Assembly (NCBI GenBank): GCA_013239625.1
Contig: MU053934.1
Location: forward strand, 11,199,003-11,261,002
Origin: Lama guanicoe
Taxonomy: Eukaryota
Direction: 5' to 3'
Length of the DNA stretch: 62,000 nt
Shown here: positions 50,901 through 62,000 of the stretch, in pieces
Position numbering within the stretch: position 1 is the first letter of the stretch
Layout of the letters: every line of letters starts with the position of its first letter
Translations under genes and position numbers: made by a program
Notes under the pieces: model-generated
Databases searched by the model: none
Seen by the model: the letters and a program-made list of their open reading frames with translations, nothing else
Told to the model about the DNA's origin: nothing

Positions 50901-52917
50901 CAGCCTTCAGGTCACTCCACGGACGGACGCCTTGGTGCCACAAGAAGAGTGACTGCACCACGGAGAAGCAGGGAGGTGCGGCGCTCACGGCCAGGCGGGC
51001 CAGCCCACCTGGGCGGCGTGGTTTCGGAGCTGGGACCGGAGGGAGGCAGGGGCATCCCAGGAACCTCCGGGCGGCTCTCCTTTCTGGATCACGGGGAGAA
51101 CCCGGGCTTTTTCCTGGAGGTGTGGATTTGAGGTTTGTGTCTCCCTCAATCCTTGTGGTCTCAGGGAGCCTGCGAGGGGGTGAAGGCGTTGTTAACACCC
51201 TCACACGTTCCCGCTGAGAACTCGTTTTGGGAGGTGGGCGCCCGTGACTGGCCGCCCTTGCAGGGGACCCGGCCTTGCTTCCTTCCTGAATTAGCCGGCT
51301 GCTCTGAGGGCCGACTGTTGATGGAGTAAACGAATTCAACTTCCATTTATCCCGTTCTGGAAGTGAAGTAGGACTCTGTGAGCCCCGGGGCTGGGAGGGA
51401 CCACACTTGGCCTGATCTGTGAATTATCGCGGCTCTGGGCGCCGACCATTCGTTGCTGTGGTCGTCAGGAGCTGGGCGGCTAATGCCGAGTGCTACTAGG
51501 TCTGTTACGTCCGTGAGTTTATTTTAAAAGTGGACAGTGGTCTTAGGATTGACAGAGCACAGTTCCTGGTACCTAGGAGTCCATCAGAAGTATTTGTGGC
51601 ATCAAATAATCGTCCCGGCTGCACAAGGGGGCAGGCGCGTGTCCCGGGGCACAAGGGGGCAGCTCTTGGCCAGCCGGAGGGGCTTCTGAGGATGAGCGCT
51701 GTTGTGGGGGTCTGGCTGCACCCAGTTCTGTTCTCAGATGCTGCGGTCAGAGGGGTGTCGGGGACCGGGCTTGGGGTGTGCGTTCAAGTGAAGAGAAGAC
51801 TGCAGAAGCCCTGTGTTCTGAACACTTGCAGCCACCCACCCAGACCTGGCCTTCAGTGCCGGCTGCAGGGCTCCCAGCCTGGGCCTGGCTGCCCATTTGT
51901 CCCCGAGTCTCTGCGCTGTGTGTGGAGGGGCCCAACCAGGCTGCCCCCACCCTCCAGCAGACTTTATCCAAGAGGCCAGGGGAGGGGGCCTGGCCGCTGG
52001 GAGGGGTGGAGTGAAGGGGCTTAAAATTATCTCAACGGCTTCATCATCATTTGCCATCGTGTCAGTGTGGCAGGATCTAAACGAAACCCAGGCTAACCAT
52101 GATGGGAACCTTGTCGCCGGGCATCTGACGGTGTGAAAGTTAAAGCGGAAAGGGACTGGTGATGGAGCTGACTCTCCTTACGTGACGGGGCCAGTGGCAC
52201 CCTCCCGAGGGCCCGGGCACACGTGTGCACACTCAGGAGGGCCACCACTTAGCCGGACCCCCACCTGCATCACTGGAAGCTCTTCCATCCCAAGAGGGGC
52301 TTCGGAGAGCCAAGCTGGGGACCATGTGGGTAGCTCGCTCAGAGGTCTGACATCAGGGCCTCTGCCCGTCTCTGGGGACGCAGCCCTGTGCGGGGCCCCG
52401 GCGGTCGAGGGGGTGGTGGGGCGGCCACATCCCCGGCCGTGGAGGCAGGGTCGCAGTGCACCTCGGAGTGGGACACGCCTGAGTCTTTATGTGTGCGCAC
52501 ACCTAGATAAACACGCATGTGAGTTGTCTGTGATGGCCTTCGGCACTCAGTATATGAGACACACGGTGAGCTTGACTTAAAATACAGCCTCCTGATCGGG
52601 GCAGAGGCCTGTGTGGTGATGCCCTGGAGGCACAGACGGAGGCCGTCCCCCCACCTCTGCACTGATGCCTGAGTAAGTAGACACGCGATGCGCGGTGCAG
52701 CGTGAACGTATGTGGCCCATGACATAAGCACGTAATTCTGCATCTGCACGTGACACAGCTGCTGTTCACACACGGGTTTAATGAACGGATTCAGGGTTCC
52801 TTTCAGATGTACGTTAATGACACCTGTGGTCGCTGTCCTGCTGGGGTGGCGACCAGCCTGCCCTTTTGTCACTTTCTCCTTTAATCGTTCCTTTAATCTA
52901 AACTCAGCCCAAGTCTA

Positions 52918-53006
52918 CGCACACACGTGTAACATTACAAACATGTAAACACACACACACACAGGCATGCGTGGACTCATACGCACATGGACACACACAC
53001 ACACAC
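52918..53006. repeat. Interrupted (CA)n repeat
   Basis: CA runs at about 52949-52963 and 52991-53006. Confidence 0.8.
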
Positions 53007-56000
53007 CCCCTGCGTGATGCAGACTCCCGGCCTGGAGCAGAGCGGCAGAGGATGAGGCCGCCACCCCCCGTGCTCGGCCCCCGCTGTCCGCCCCCTGCAC
53101 CTGACTCCCTGCGGGGCTGCTGCCCCCACCCCAAGCAGCCGCGTGCTGTTCTGCAGAAGTGTTTTCACAGACGAGGCAAGAGAGGCCCCGTGAAGCCGAA
53201 GGACACGCCCGGCCCACAGAGGCCGGTGGGACGCGGGCTGACGCGTGGGCTCGACTTCCCTTTCCCGCGGCTTGGATCAGGAGGTCCGGTGGCAGCCTGG
53301 AGCCGCACACCCACCTCCCCTCACACGTCCCAGTACCTGCTGCGCGGACCCAGTGCCTGGCCCGTGGCTCACACGTGCTGGTGCAAATGGCCTTTGGAAT
53401 TAGGAAGCCAGATGGCAGTGGGATGTCAGGCAAGTCACTGGGCCACTGGGACCCTCAGTCTTCTCAGACGGGGGGACAGGATCGTAGAAGCTGACGCTTT
53501 AGGGGGTTGTGGGATGACAGGTGGGCTGGAGGCCGGGCAGGCACCCGAGGGCTGTGACTGTGTCCAGCAGGTTTTTCTTGAGAAGCCCATGCGTATGGGT
53601 CAATGATTCCAGGTTACTTCAGACAGACTGGGTGGCGCTTGGGACGGCAGCATTGGGGTCGGCGCAAGGGACAGACACCCAGCCCACACTGGTCTAGCGT
53701 TAGCAGAGCTCCTCAGATGCGGCGTCTTCCAGGTACAGAAGCCACGGCCTGGTCCACCGCCCACTCCCGGCCCCTCTGAGAGTCCTTTTCCAGGTGACTC
53801 AGCCTGGGAAGCCTCAGCCGCGGCCGCCAGCTGGTTCTGGCTCCCGGGGTCACAGGGAAGGGCATGGCCCTCCATCTCTCCCTCCCGAGGGCCCTGACCG
53901 TCGGCCCCGTCGGTGCCCTCCCCCAGCAGATGGACGGGCCCTCCAGCACCATCTCTGCACAGAGCGGCTTCCCAAGAGGAAAGGGGAGCTCAGGACAGCT
54001 GGGTGGGGGGGAGGGCGAGCCCAGCCCCTGCAGTCCACTCTGGGACCCGCCAGACCCAGGGTCTGGGGTGTATCCCTGGGGGAGGTGGCCCAGGAAAGAT
54101 CTGGAAGCAGGCCTGGGCCCTGAGAGCCCAGTGGGCTGGGGTGGCCAGGGGACGTCCAGCTGTTTGCTCACCAGGCTGGGCTGTGGCCCGGCTGCTCTGG
54201 GCGGAGGCCCTTGTCTCTGGGTGGACCTGGGGAGCCAGCTGCCGGGAGGCCAGCATCCACCTGCTCCGTCGGGGTGGCTTGGTTACCGGCGCACGCGGGG
54301 CTGCAGGTGCTGTGGACAACGGCGGCGCCCGGCTGCAGGGAGGGAGGTTAGCCGGCTCCCTGCTGAGCTGGGCCGCAGAGGGGCTGGAGGCGGAGGGACG
54401 GGGCTCCCAGCCCACGGGCTTACCCCTCTGTGACCTGGTGGCGAGAGACACAAGGGCCAGCCCCCTCCTCCCAGGCGCCAGGTGTGTCTGCGGAGCGGGG
54501 GTTTTGGGGGCCTGGAAGCAGGGCCACCTTTCTGGGGAAGCATTGGCAGATGTTCACAGGTGGGGAGCAGGGTGAGCGTCCCCTAGAAAGAGCCCAGCCT
54601 TGCTGAGTCACCCGCTACCTGCGGTCCACACGGCCCGCAGGGGTCGAACGAGCCCAGGCCGGAATCCTGGCCACGTGCCTGGCTGCCCCGTCATGTGGTG
54701 TCCCGGAGGCCGCCCCGTCCTGACCCTGCGACGCTCGGCTGGGTGACCTTGACAGTGTCCATGGTCATTTCCAGATGACTCTCCATCAGTCATATGGCTC
54801 CTTTGTGTAAACCCAGCTTTGCAGGGAGCAGGAGGGAAGCCTTCCCCATGCCCCCAGCCCCTCCATACCCCCTGGGGGACCTCAGGGAGCCTCACCTCCA
54901 GGTTCCTTTTCAGTGCAAATATCCAAGTCTTTTAGAAAGCACGTCACAGACTCAGACCACTGCTCTGGGCGACCCGAGTGGGGTGTCCTGACTAAGCCCC
55001 CAGCCCCCTGGGGAGAGTCACGTGGCTGGCCGGGCCCGGCCATGGGGATCAGGCACGTCCAGCCGTCCTCGTGGCCCCCCGGTCCCCTCGTTTCCCATTC
55101 GCAGGCCCTTGTCCATTCAGTGCCCTCCCTCCTCCCGGTGGCCCCCAGGAATCAAGCTCCTTTTCTGTCTTTGCGTCTAATTCTGCCTAGAAGATGCAGC
55201 CTCATCTTCTGGGTGAAAACCCCATGGGTGTGGCTCTCCTGTCTCCAGAATCTGGGCGACTTTGGCCTCCAGATCCACATGGTCTTGGTGGTTGGGACCA
55301 GGGCAGGAGAGCCTGGACAGTCTCAGGCCTTCCCGGAGGTGGGAGGTGAGGGGACGGGGCTGTCACTGCCTCTCCAGCCGTGTGCTGGCCGCCTGATGAG
55401 GGGTTGAGCTGTGACCCAGGGGCACTCAGGTGGCACTTCAGGCAGGCTTTTGGGGGAGCACGTCCAGCGCTGGGAGGGGCACCGCAGCCTTCACAGTGCT
55501 GGGCTCCGTGGACTCCTGGTGGATGACGGCTGGGGCCTTGGCGATCCCCGAGGTGGCCCCAGAGGCCTTGGTCCGACGGCTCACAGCCCTGGTGGGTCCC
55601 ACGGGCACCGGCTCCGACTTAGGAGGCCACACCAGGTCTTGGGCGGGGTGGACACCATCCTCAGCCTTGACTGTCGGCCCCTGTGTCCCACCCTGCCCTG
55701 GACTCCAGCTGACCCACAGGGACTGAGCTGTGACCTCTGGTCCCCGCTCGTGGTTCTGTGCGCTGGGCTCCTGGGGTGACAGTGGGTCCTGCTAGGCCAA
55801 GGCTGGACCTGCTGAAGGCGGCTCCCTCTGCCACCGCCCTCCTGCCTCCAGGGCTGTTCTGGAAGGCTCCGGGCTCAGGAGAGCATGCGGCCCTCTGGGA
55901 CTCTCCCTGCGAACTTTGCCAGAAGACCTGGCCCAGCCACACCCACCGCCCTCAGCCCTGCCTTCTCCCTGGGGTCTGGAGCCCTTAAATGCACACTCTT

Positions 56001-56319
56001 TTCGAAGTCAGTTTCTGCCCGGAGAAGGTGGGTTTTCTTAGCCAATTACCTTTCTTCTCCACCGATTAGGAAGCAGCTGAGCAGGCCCTGGATTCGCTTC
56101 GCTGAGAGAGGAGCCCAGACCTCGCTTATAAATAACTGTGCTTTGCAGAGCCACACCATCCGTCTTAGCCCTCCTTCCCCGGGGGAGCGCCTGCATGGCG
56201 ACAGCTCCATGGGCTGGTTGCCTGGGTGACAACCTTGCTAGACACCCCAGCACAGCCTGAGGCACACGTATTGAGCACCTGCTGTATGCACAGATGCTGT
56301 ATGAGATGTGCACAGCGGA

Positions 56320-56675
56320 GGGCCCAGGGGGTGGTCCCCCAAGGACAGGTCCACCCGAAACCCAGGGACGTGGCCAGATTTGGAAGAAGGGTCTCAGGCG
56401 AAAGCAGCCTGGATTGGAGTCCACCCTAAATCCACTGACGAGCCTCCTTAGAAGAGACGCGTGAAGATGGAGACAGAGACGGACGATGTGGCCGCAAGCT
56501 GAGGGACGCCTGCAGCCCCCAGGGACTGGGTGAGGCCGGCAGGACCCTCCTCTGAGCCTCCAGAGAGAGTGTGACCCTGCTCACGCCTGACCTTGGACCT
56601 CTGGCCTCCGGGACCCGGGAGAATGGATTTCTGTGGTTTGTGATCATTTTCACAGCAGCCGCAGGAAACGGGCAG
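56320..56675 (+). mobile_element. MLT1C-like solo LTR
   Basis: ggtcccccaagga…atttggaagaagggtct…ccctaaatccactgac…gtgaagatggagacagag…gagcctccagagagagtgtgaccctgct…tctggcctcc…atttctgtggttt…acagcagccgcaggaaac. Confidence 0.85.
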
Positions 56676-57414
56676 GCCACCCACAGGTGACGGAGGAGCC
56701 CGACCACGTGTGCCAGGGGCGCCGGGGCCTCACCCGCACCGTCTGTCCTGAGGAGGGCCGGGGCCGGCAAGTGCCCCGTCAGTGTTCAGGCCAAGACGTG
56801 GTTTCCTGCCTGCTCGTCTGGAGCCATGGGAGTAATGGCTGTTGGTTTCGAGGTGGGGGCAGAAGCAGCTTCCCCTGGCGGCGGTGGGGCTGCGGGGACA
56901 GCCCAGAAATTCTCAGCGCGCCTCCATCCATAAATCAGCATTTCCCAGAGCGAGGGCGCGTCCGCGTGCGCACGAGGTGGCTTTATGTGGGTTTGGGTGG
57001 GCATCTTTCATCTTAATGGGCGTGTGTTTATTTTTATGGTTACCGTCTACGGACGGCCACGGCACTGGCTTCCCGTTGCCAGGAGATGCAGAGTTCCTTT
57101 CTGGCTGGACAGGGACACTCGGTGTGGGGAGTGGTTGGTGGAGACACCGAGCAGCTGGAATGCAGCTATATTGGGCGCCTACTGAGTGCCAGGCCCGGTG
57201 AATAGGCTGAGCCGAGGAACAGGGTGCCGGAGGCCGTTGGCCATGGGTCGGAGGCTCCAGCGATCCCTGTAGGCATGTGAGGGTCACTGCAGGCCTGCTC
57301 TCCAGGAATCGTGGTCACTTCCTCAGTGTCCAGGTCACCTGAGGATAAAAGGGCCTCCCTCAGATGTGGGACATGGAGCCCGCGGTGGACACGGGGATGG
57401 GGGTGTGGGCAGTC

Positions 57415-57810
57415 AGCTCCCCACGGGGCTGTCATCACAGAGGACCATGATGGGGGCTCAAAGAGCAGACATTTCTTGTCTCCTCCCTCTGGAGGCCAGA
57501 AGTCCAGACTGAGACGTTGTGGGGGGTTCCTTCTGGCGGGGGCTCTCGTCCTTCGAGGCTCTTTCCTGCTCCTGGTGGCTCCAGGAGGCCGACTTCGCTG
57601 GGCCCGTGGCCGCAGCACCGCAGTCCCTGCCTGCTGCCTGCATTGTCCCTCTGGCTCACATCCCCCTCCTCTCTCATCACAAGCCGGTCGTTGAATCTAG
57701 GGCCCACGCAGGTCCAGTGATCTCATCCTGAGATCCTTAACTGTATCTTAGCTCTGTCTGCAAGGGCATTCCCCATAAGGCCTCATTCTGAGGTTCTAGG
57801 CGGACCCACC
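57415..57810 (-). mobile_element. MLT1C-like solo LTR
   Basis: ggggctgtcatcaca…tctggaggccagaagtcca…tagggcccac…atctcatcctgagatccttaact…tctgcaag…cattctgaggttc. Confidence 0.8.
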
Positions 57811-59407
57811 TCTGGAGCCACGGTGCAGCTCGCCCCCGGGGGTGGAGGACAGTGCGCCCCTGTGCTTGGGTGCTGACACCATCACCATCACCAGAGGGCC
57901 CAGTCCTGCAGGTCTCCGAGCAACAGGCCCCAGCCTCCTTCCAGTCTGGGTCTTGCCTTCGTTTGGGGGTTCTCTGGGGGGCCGGGGGCGAGGGCAGTTT
58001 GTAGGAGTCCAGCGGGCAGCTTCCTGTGCCTCCTGAGCCCAGTGGGGAAGGGGCAGGCCCGGGGAGGCCCCCGCGTGCACTTGGAGGCCCTGGTGTCAGC
58101 CCGGGCGGCCCTCCTCCCACCTGGGGCCTGCCGTCTGCGGGCCGAGCTGGCCGCGTGGGCCCAGGACGCCGCCTCTAAGAGTGCGCGGCACGTGTCCATC
58201 TGCAAGTTGACTTTTTTCTGTTCTTTATTTCTTTAAAGCACATCGTGAGACCTGCTTTGGCATTTGTGCCTGGCCTCCCCCAAGGCGCGCTCGCTCCCCG
58301 TCGGGGCCGTCTGCTGCAGTCTAGCGGCTCCCTGGCCCGTCGCGGGCTCCGGGTCCGCCACGCGCGCTGGCTCACGTGAGCTGAACGTCGCCTGTTTCTT
58401 TTGTCCACCGAGTGCCCGTCTTGCGGCCGGAGCACAGTGCAAAGTTCTGGATATTGAGTTGTTTTCCCTCAGCTGCTGGGAAGCTGTGAGCAGGCGAGAG
58501 ATGGTGCTTTCCACGTGGAATCTTCTAGAACAGAGGGTGGGTCTTCTTGGGTGGAAATCACCATAGGAGCCAGAGATTTGAGGAGCAGGAGAGAGGTCCC
58601 CAGGCCCCCTCTCAGGCTGACCCCGGGATCCTGCCCCCCGTGGTCCTCTCGTTGGAGGGCACCTGACCCCCAGGGCTGGCAGGCCAGATGCAGCCACCAC
58701 CTGGAGGGCGGCTTCTGAGGCCCCCAGCTCTGGCCCTGTGTTGGGGGCGACGGGGCATAGACGGGTCGGGAGGGTTCCGAGGGTGGCTTTGCTGTGGAGA
58801 GTGGCCTCTCGCTGCTTTAGGGAGGGGACAGGGACACGAGAGGTGACCAGGACGAGGTCCAGGGGAGAGAGGACAAGGTCCAGCGTGTGTCCCGGCAGTG
58901 TGGTCAGGGGCCGGGGCCTGACGGAGCTGCAGAGGGCGGAGCTGGATGGGGAGCCGCTCCGCGCCCTTGGCAGCTCCCGGGCCTGTGCTGAGGCGAGGCG
59001 GCGTCTCCCTGGGTGCTGGACCCCTGTCCGTGTCACCTGGCGTTCCCCGGAGGGCAGAGGGCGAGGCCCGAGGGGGCGGGCAGGGGGCCTGATGAGTCCG
59101 TGGGTGGGGGCTGCCCCGCAGGCAGCTTGCTCCCCAGCAGATGGCCCTGGGCCTGCCGCCCTCTGACTCCCTCAGAATGGACCCACTTCCCACAGGAGCA
59201 GGGCCCAGACTCATGGCCCTCCACCCGCTGGAGGCGCGTTGGGGGTACTGGCACTGAGCGTGGTCCAGGAAGAGCCAAGTGTCTGCCTGGACCTAGGGCG
59301 GGGGCTCCCTGGGAGGTGCACCTGCTTCCCCCGGGGCCCTGGGGGGAGGGTCTGGGGGTCCTGAGGGTCCCTCCTGGTCCGAGTGGTCCCTGAGCCATAT
59401 GCACAGG

Positions 59408-59671
59408 CCCTGTGCTGACCTGGTCCCCCAGGGGCCAGCCCACCCCGCCCCCCATCACTGACCCTGCCCCCTACCCCTCGTCCTGGGTGGCAGTCCCAGC
59501 CCTGTGCTGACGTCCCCCAGGGCCCAGCCCACCCCACCCCCCCAACACTGGCCCTGCCCCCCTCATCCTGGGTGGCAGTCCCAGCCCTGTGCTGACATCC
59601 CTCAGGGCTCAGCCCACCCCGCCCCCTGTCACTGACCCTGTCCCCCACCCCCTGTCCTGGGTGGCAGTCCC
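59408..59671. repeat. Minisatellite, 3 copies of an 85-92 bp unit
   Basis: Units start with ccctgtgctgac at 59408, 59500 and 59585 and end with tcctgggtggcagtccc. Confidence 0.93.
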
Positions 59672-62000
59672 GGGGCTCACGGACCCCCGGTCTCGTCTGG
59701 GAGTCCTCCGCCCAGTCCGTGACTTAGAGGACTTGTGTTCTCCATGCCTGGCTTCCTCCCTGGGTCCAGGGCGATGCTGACAGCCCTGAGCAGCCCTTGG
59801 TCCTGCACCACACACGTGCGGGTGGGGGCGCTGCCCTTCCGTCAGGCCCCGGCTGGGTCTCGGCCTCCTGCCTTCCCACCTGCGGCCCCGAGGTTGCTCT
59901 GCTGTTCTCTGGGCAGCCTCCTCCCATTTTCCCGTCCTACCCTCTCATGGTGATGCCGAAAGGCTGGGGGTTGGCCCTTGGGGCTCTGGAGGGTGGGGGC
60001 ACCAGTGGAAACAGAATTTCCTGGAGCAGTTAGCAGGAGACGCAGGTGAGGGGGGCATTCACGGTGCTGCCCCGATGCCCACCTGTGTTTTCTGGGGCTG
60101 ATCTTGGAAGGCTGCCAAGTGGCTGTCGGGCTCGCTGAGCAGGGCCCTTGGGGCTGATGGTGTGTGGGACCTGGTTCCTGTGTGTGGAGCAGCAGCTTTC
60201 GGCATCCTGGATGCTGGGCTTCCTCGGAGCTTGCTGAGCGACGGGGGCGGGGGGTCAGGATGGCCCAGGTGCCCGCAGCCATGGGAGGGAGGTGCCTGCG
60301 TGCAGCCCAGGTAGGAACCCGAGTGGACCCGGGTGCCTGGTCTGCTGAGTCACACCCACCCACAGTGTCCCTTGTGGAACTTCCCTGAGTGACTCCTCGT
60401 GCACCGGTCAGCCCGGCCGACACCCACGTCACTGGCAGACTGCGGGGCCTCAGGACTGGGCAGCGCGGGTGCTGGAGACGGAGGCGCGGGGGGAGTGTCC
60501 GGTGGACCAGCCCCTTCCTCCTTCCCATGGGGAACCTGAGGTCGGCGGGGGTGGGGCTCGCCCAGGGCCACGTGGGTCTCAGTGAGTGATGTGGGTGGAC
60601 ATCCAGGCAAGTAGATTTTTAGGCCAGGAGACTGGAGTGGCTGAAGGCTCACAGATGGTCGTCCCCCAAGGAATAGGCAGGGGCTCCAAACTGGCTGACA
60701 GGGCTGGGGGCTGTGGAGGTGGGCCGATGGGGTTGGCGGGGCTTGGGGCCTGGGGTCAGCCGAGCTGAGCGCGGCTAGTTACTAAGTTGCAGAGAAACAT
60801 TCCACTGGCTCCTCCAATCAGCATCCCTAGTGCCGTGTGGGACCAACCGCCCAGAACGGCACGGTGTATTCCTGGTCCGCCTCCGGGAGGAGGGGCACGG
60901 CCTCGCCCCTCCCGGGCCTCCGTTTCCCCGTCTGTGAGGTGGGGGTGCTCCCAGCAGCCCCCCCGAGGCTGCTCCCGTCCAGCCTTGCTGTGCTGGCTGG
61001 GGCTTCTGGGGCGATGACGGAGGGCCCCAGGTTGTGCGAGGGGGATGGGCAGCACATAGCACTGTGCCCGCGTCTTGTAACCCCCGCGGTCCACACTGGC
61101 ATTATTTTTATCTGTTCTTATTTTTCTCGTTAACTCGAGTCCTTTTTTAAAGAGCTGTGGTTTCCTAGGAGGCCGATTACGATAAATACCAGAAAACAGA
61201 CGCCTGTTACCAGCCACTGTGCGGGGGCCGGCAGACCCTCCCCGGGCCTCGAAGCTGCGCTTTCTCCATCTGCCGAGCAACGCACGTGTCTTCCGGCTCC
61301 GGGGACTCCCGGGGTGACACCGGGGCTCGGGGGGCCTTGGAGTGTGGCGGGGACCGCTGGTTGCCCAGGAGATGGCAGAGCTCTGTGTCTGCCCCCCTCA
61401 GCGAGGCTGATGAGAGGGGCTGGAGGCACCGAGGCACTTCGCAGGCTGTACACATGCGGGGCCTCTTGGTTTGCTCCCAGAGCTGAGCGTGTGTAGATCT
61501 GAGTACGAGCTGGTGCCTGGAGACCTGACGCTTCTCCCCACGCTCAGGAGCTCCCACGTAGGTCCCCCGTGCCCACCAGCGGCCCGCTCTCCCCGCACGC
61601 CTTGCCACCTCTGTGGGCATCCGGACAGCTTTCTCTGTGTCTCTGCTGTCTGTGGAGACCAGGCGCACGGTCAGTGCTTGTAGGTGGTGGAGAGAGCGAT
61701 GTAGGTGGCCGGGCAGACGGCCCTCTTGGCGTGGAGCTCTGGCCACCAAGCCCACGGAAACTCGATCTAGCCTGTCACCAGCCTTGGGGTGGGGTTGGCA
61801 GGGGGGCCGAGTCCCCTCAGGACAGTGTCTGTGTCCCGCCTGGAGGGGCCCTTTGGACACCGGCCCGTGAGCACTCCCTCTCCTGGCTGGGAGGCCCTCC
61901 GGATTAGCTGTACCCATAGGCCTGGGCAAGCAAAGCCGCGCGTCAGTGAGTCTGGAATGAAGTGTCCCCATGAGCCCCGTGACCTGTGCGTGGGGAGCAT

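Noticed and set aside
1..62000. tRNA, rRNA, snRNA, miRNA genes or further TAFA5 exons
   Set aside because: None recognised. The cysteine-rich TAFA domain peptide does not appear in the ORF track, and an antisense lncRNA cannot be delineated from sequence alone.

Overview
GC-rich mammalian genomic DNA, almost all intronic, from the TAFA5 (FAM19A5) locus. The only coding sequence I can support is the alternative first coding exon of TAFA5 (47835-47925, + strand, MQLLKALWALAGAALCCFLVLVIHAQFLKEG, followed by a GT donor). It lies in a CpG island whose core is hidden by an 808-N gap. By analogy with the human gene, the upstream DNA is intron 1 of the longer TAFA5 isoform and the shared downstream exons lie beyond the window. 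The rest consists of eutherian repeats (several MLT1 LTRs, L1 3' fragments, MIR, a hAT-Charlie element), one younger ERV-type LTR apparently nested in an older LTR, a recent 432-bp tandem duplication, simple and tandem repeats, and several AT-rich candidate enhancers. I saw no Alu, and the L1 3' end looks cetartiodactyl, so the host may be a cetartiodactyl (possibly a camelid; weak inference). The hundreds of predicted ORFs look like GC-content artefacts. I found no convincing new biological system. The most interesting items are regulatory or evolutionary: the octamer/CCAAT-rich LTR, the duplication, the AT-to-GC drift of repeats and the candidate enhancers. Repeat family names come from recalled consensus sequences, not a database search, and repeat boundaries are approximate.
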